Positions 35,992-37,990 of a DNA stretch of 37,990 bases are shown here, one piece after another; position 1 is the first letter of the stretch, and each line of letters begins with the position of its first letter. The stretch is from a virus (taxonomy: Duplodnaviria > Caudoviricetes). The notes under the pieces were generated by a model, which did not search any database, was not told the origin of the DNA, and was given only the letters and a program-made list of their open reading frames with translations. The translations under genes and the position numbers were made by a program. The stretch covers positions 1 through 37,990 of IMG/VR virus record IMGVR_UViG_3300025247_000005. One strand, given 5' to 3'.

Positions 35992-37131
35992 TTAGCCCAG
36001 GATTGCGGCGATGAAATCCGGCTTCCAGGCTTTCTGGCCCCAGGCTGCAGCCACTTCGAACATGGCCTTCTTGTAGCCCTTGTAGGCGCGGATCTCGAAC
36101 ACCAGGCCGCTGAAGGGGTCCTGCACCACCATGGCATCCACAGCAGCATCACCACCTTCCGGTACAGCCGGTGCACGCATGGCCAGCTCAATCGCATTGC
36201 GATGGAAGGCCACGTTGCCGGTGTAGCCATCACCCACGGTTACGGCCACGCCGTCACCCAGGGCAGCACGGAGGCCGGGCGCTGCGATGGTCACAGTGCC
36301 GCCGGAGAAGGCTTGCTCAACAACGTACTTGTTGGTGTCGCCGTTGAAGGTGATCACGTCACCCGCAACGATGGTGCCGGTGCCGCCGTCAATATCGATG
36401 GCGGTATCCCCTACTGCGAAGGTGCCGTTGGTGACAAAGCTCGCGCCAGTGCCTTTGGTGTGCACCTGAACGCCCGCTGACTCCTTCAGCATCAAGCCCT
36501 GCAGGTCCAGCAGCGCACCGGTACGCAGCAGCACTTCATTGCCCGCTTCGTTGGCTTTCTGCAGCTGAGCCAGGTTGCGCAGGTTGGTGCCGGCCAGGGT
36601 GTTCAGAACCATGGTGGACATACCATCCATCGGGGTGCCGTTGTCAACCATGATCTGGCGTGCCTGGGCCACCAACTTGAAGTCAGAGGCGAACGGAGTG
36701 GTGCCGGCAGTACCCACAGCACGGGATGCGTTCTGGTAGGCCTCAGTCAGCACATCGGCTTCAATCTCGTTGGTCAGGGTGCGCATTGCCTGGCGCACCT
36801 GGTCACCGTAGATGGTTTCGAAGCCAGAGCCGTTGTTGACGTGCTTCATGTCTTCACCGGTCCACGGGATCTGCACCGCGCGGGATTTGGTGATGGACAT
36901 GGTTTTGTTGCCAACGGTCTGGTCGGTACCTTCCGGGATGGTCATGGAAGGAGAGACGTTCACCGCAGTGGCCTGATTGGTCACATGGGAGCGGACGGTA
37001 TCGCCCACAGCCGCACGGTCGGCGCCGTTGGCGTTGATGAGAACAGAGGAAGTGGCGCCGGTCAGTTCGCGGCCCACAGTGTCGGCAGCGGTATAGATGT
37101 CCGCCGCAAGATCAGTCAGTACGTTAGCCAT
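35992..37131 (-). CDS. Major capsid protein (P22 coat-like, with insertion domain)
   Basis: 379 aa after the scaffold; GDTV, A...L.N.IE.D, N.AFHRNAI.LA.R. Confidence 0.9.
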   Translation of the reverse strand: MANVLTDLAADIYTAADTVGRELTGATSSVLINANGADRAAVGDTVRSHVTNQATAVNVSPSMTIPEGTDQTVGNKTMSITKSRAVQIPWTGEDMKHVNNGSGFETIYGDQVRQAMRTLTNEIEADVLTEAYQNASRAVGTAGTTPFASDFKLVAQARQIMVDNGTPMDGMSTMVLNTLAGTNLRNLAQLQKANEAGNEVLLRTGALLDLQGLMLKESAGVQVHTKGTGASFVTNGTFAVGDTAIDIDGGTGTIVAGDVITFNGDTNKYVVEQAFSGGTVTIAAPGLRAALGDGVAVTVGDGYTGNVAFHRNAIELAMRAPAVPEGGDAAVDAMVVQDPFSGLVFEIRAYKGYKKAMFEVAAAWGQKAWKPDFIAAILG

Positions 37132-37145
37132 GGGGCTTCTCCAGA

Positions 37146-37841
37146 TTATTCAGGGTCTACGACTTTTCCGCCTTCTTTGGAGAACGTGGACCGGTCAGCA
37201 TGTGACATCTGGTCGAACTCCTGGCGAGTTACGGTTTTCTGATTGGCAGCCCCGCCGCCGTTACCACCAGGAGCCCCGCCCCCGGATGCTTTGCTGCCGT
37301 CCACAAGGAACGGATACTGCGTGCTCAGATGCTCGCCCAGCTGCTTGGCGTCCCACGCCTCGCCGTCCGGGCCATTGATCTTTACCCCTTCCGGGGTGTG
37401 CGCGATGTGCTGCAGCGCCTCTTTGCGCAGCAGCTCGTAGCGCTGAACGCCGCCCGCCGCCTCACGGTCAATCAGGCCGGCCACAATGCCCTCGGCAGCG
37501 GCTGTGCGCTCACCGTTGGCTACTTTGTCCTTCAGCTCGGAAAGCTGCTTTTCCAGTCCGTCCGCCCGTTCGCGGTCTTTTTTGGAAAGCTGCTCCCACT
37601 CCTGCTGTTTTTCGAGCCGTTCACGCTCTTTGCGCTCTGCGTCGGTCTCGAATTCCTTCAGCTTGCGCTTTGCCTCTGCGCGTTCTTCACGCTCTTTGCG
37701 AAGCGCCTCTTTCAGCTCCTTGCCGTCGTCGATTCCCTCGACATCCAGCACATAGCCGTCATCGGTCTCCCGATAGAGTGCCTGTTGCCCTTCTTCCAGA
37801 GCGTCGAATTTCTCTTTATCCAGTTGGTATTGCAGTGCCAT
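37146..37841 (-). CDS. Capsid scaffolding protein
   Basis: Y.LDVEG, long charged coiled coil, ASGGGA.G linker; before the capsid gene. Confidence 0.82.
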   Translation of the reverse strand: MALQYQLDKEKFDALEEGQQALYRETDDGYVLDVEGIDDGKELKEALRKEREERAEAKRKLKEFETDAERKERERLEKQQEWEQLSKKDRERADGLEKQLSELKDKVANGERTAAAEGIVAGLIDREAAGGVQRYELLRKEALQHIAHTPEGVKINGPDGEAWDAKQLGEHLSTQYPFLVDGSKASGGGAPGGNGGGAANQKTVTRQEFDQMSHADRSTFSKEGGKVVDPE

Positions 37842-37885
37842 GAGAACGAACCCCGTTCGTTGGTGGTGCCTGCCCCGCAGGCATT

Positions 37886-37908
37886 AAAAAACCCGCCGAA
37901 GCGGGTTG
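37886..37908 (-). terminator. Terminator between the minor head and scaffold genes
   Basis: AACCCGC-TTCG-GCGGGTT plus T tract on the minus strand. Confidence 0.8.
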
Positions 37909-37990
37909 TGTTATGCGGCGAGCGCCAAACCCTCCCGGGCTCTCAGCTCGTCCAGCGTCAATGTGCGCCCCAGGTCATCGGTGAAGCGCT

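Noticed and set aside
37892-37990. 99-bp direct terminal repeat as a biological genome end
   Set aside because: The length matches a common assembler k-mer and it cuts through a gene end and terminator; it indicates circular assembly, not a packaging terminus

Overview
A complete, circularly assembled temperate lambdoid siphophage or excised prophage of 37,891 bp; bases 1-99 recur exactly at 37892-37990 as an assembly overlap. The host is probably a marine or halophilic gammaproteobacterium (inferred from acidic virion proteins and a tRNA-Arg attP). The genetic switch is cro-cII / cI with ATGAG-N4-CTCAT operators at OR and OL. The minus-strand early operon holds an HNH nuclease, an initiator with an iteron origin, a DnaC-like loader, ninB, ninG and a Q-like gene. 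It leads into lysis (M23 endolysin, holin, Rz/Rz1), terminase, portal, head genes (scaffold plus P22-like coat) and a non-contractile tail with a -1 frameshift chaperone and an SGNH-esterase tailspike. The plus-strand PL operon holds recT, a YqaJ exonuclease, ssb, a J-domain protein, xis and int, and ends at an attP carrying the 3' part of tRNA-Arg(ACG). Best leads: (1) a non-canonical 80-nt tRNA-like cloverleaf with encoded CCA inside a 250-nt structured region upstream of ssb; (2) a two-gene cassette in the rexAB position behind cI, a candidate defence module; (3) an SGNH-esterase moron beside an SGNH-esterase tailspike; (4) an endolysin resembling vertebrate LECT2. All family calls come from motif recognition and gene order by eye; no searches were run.
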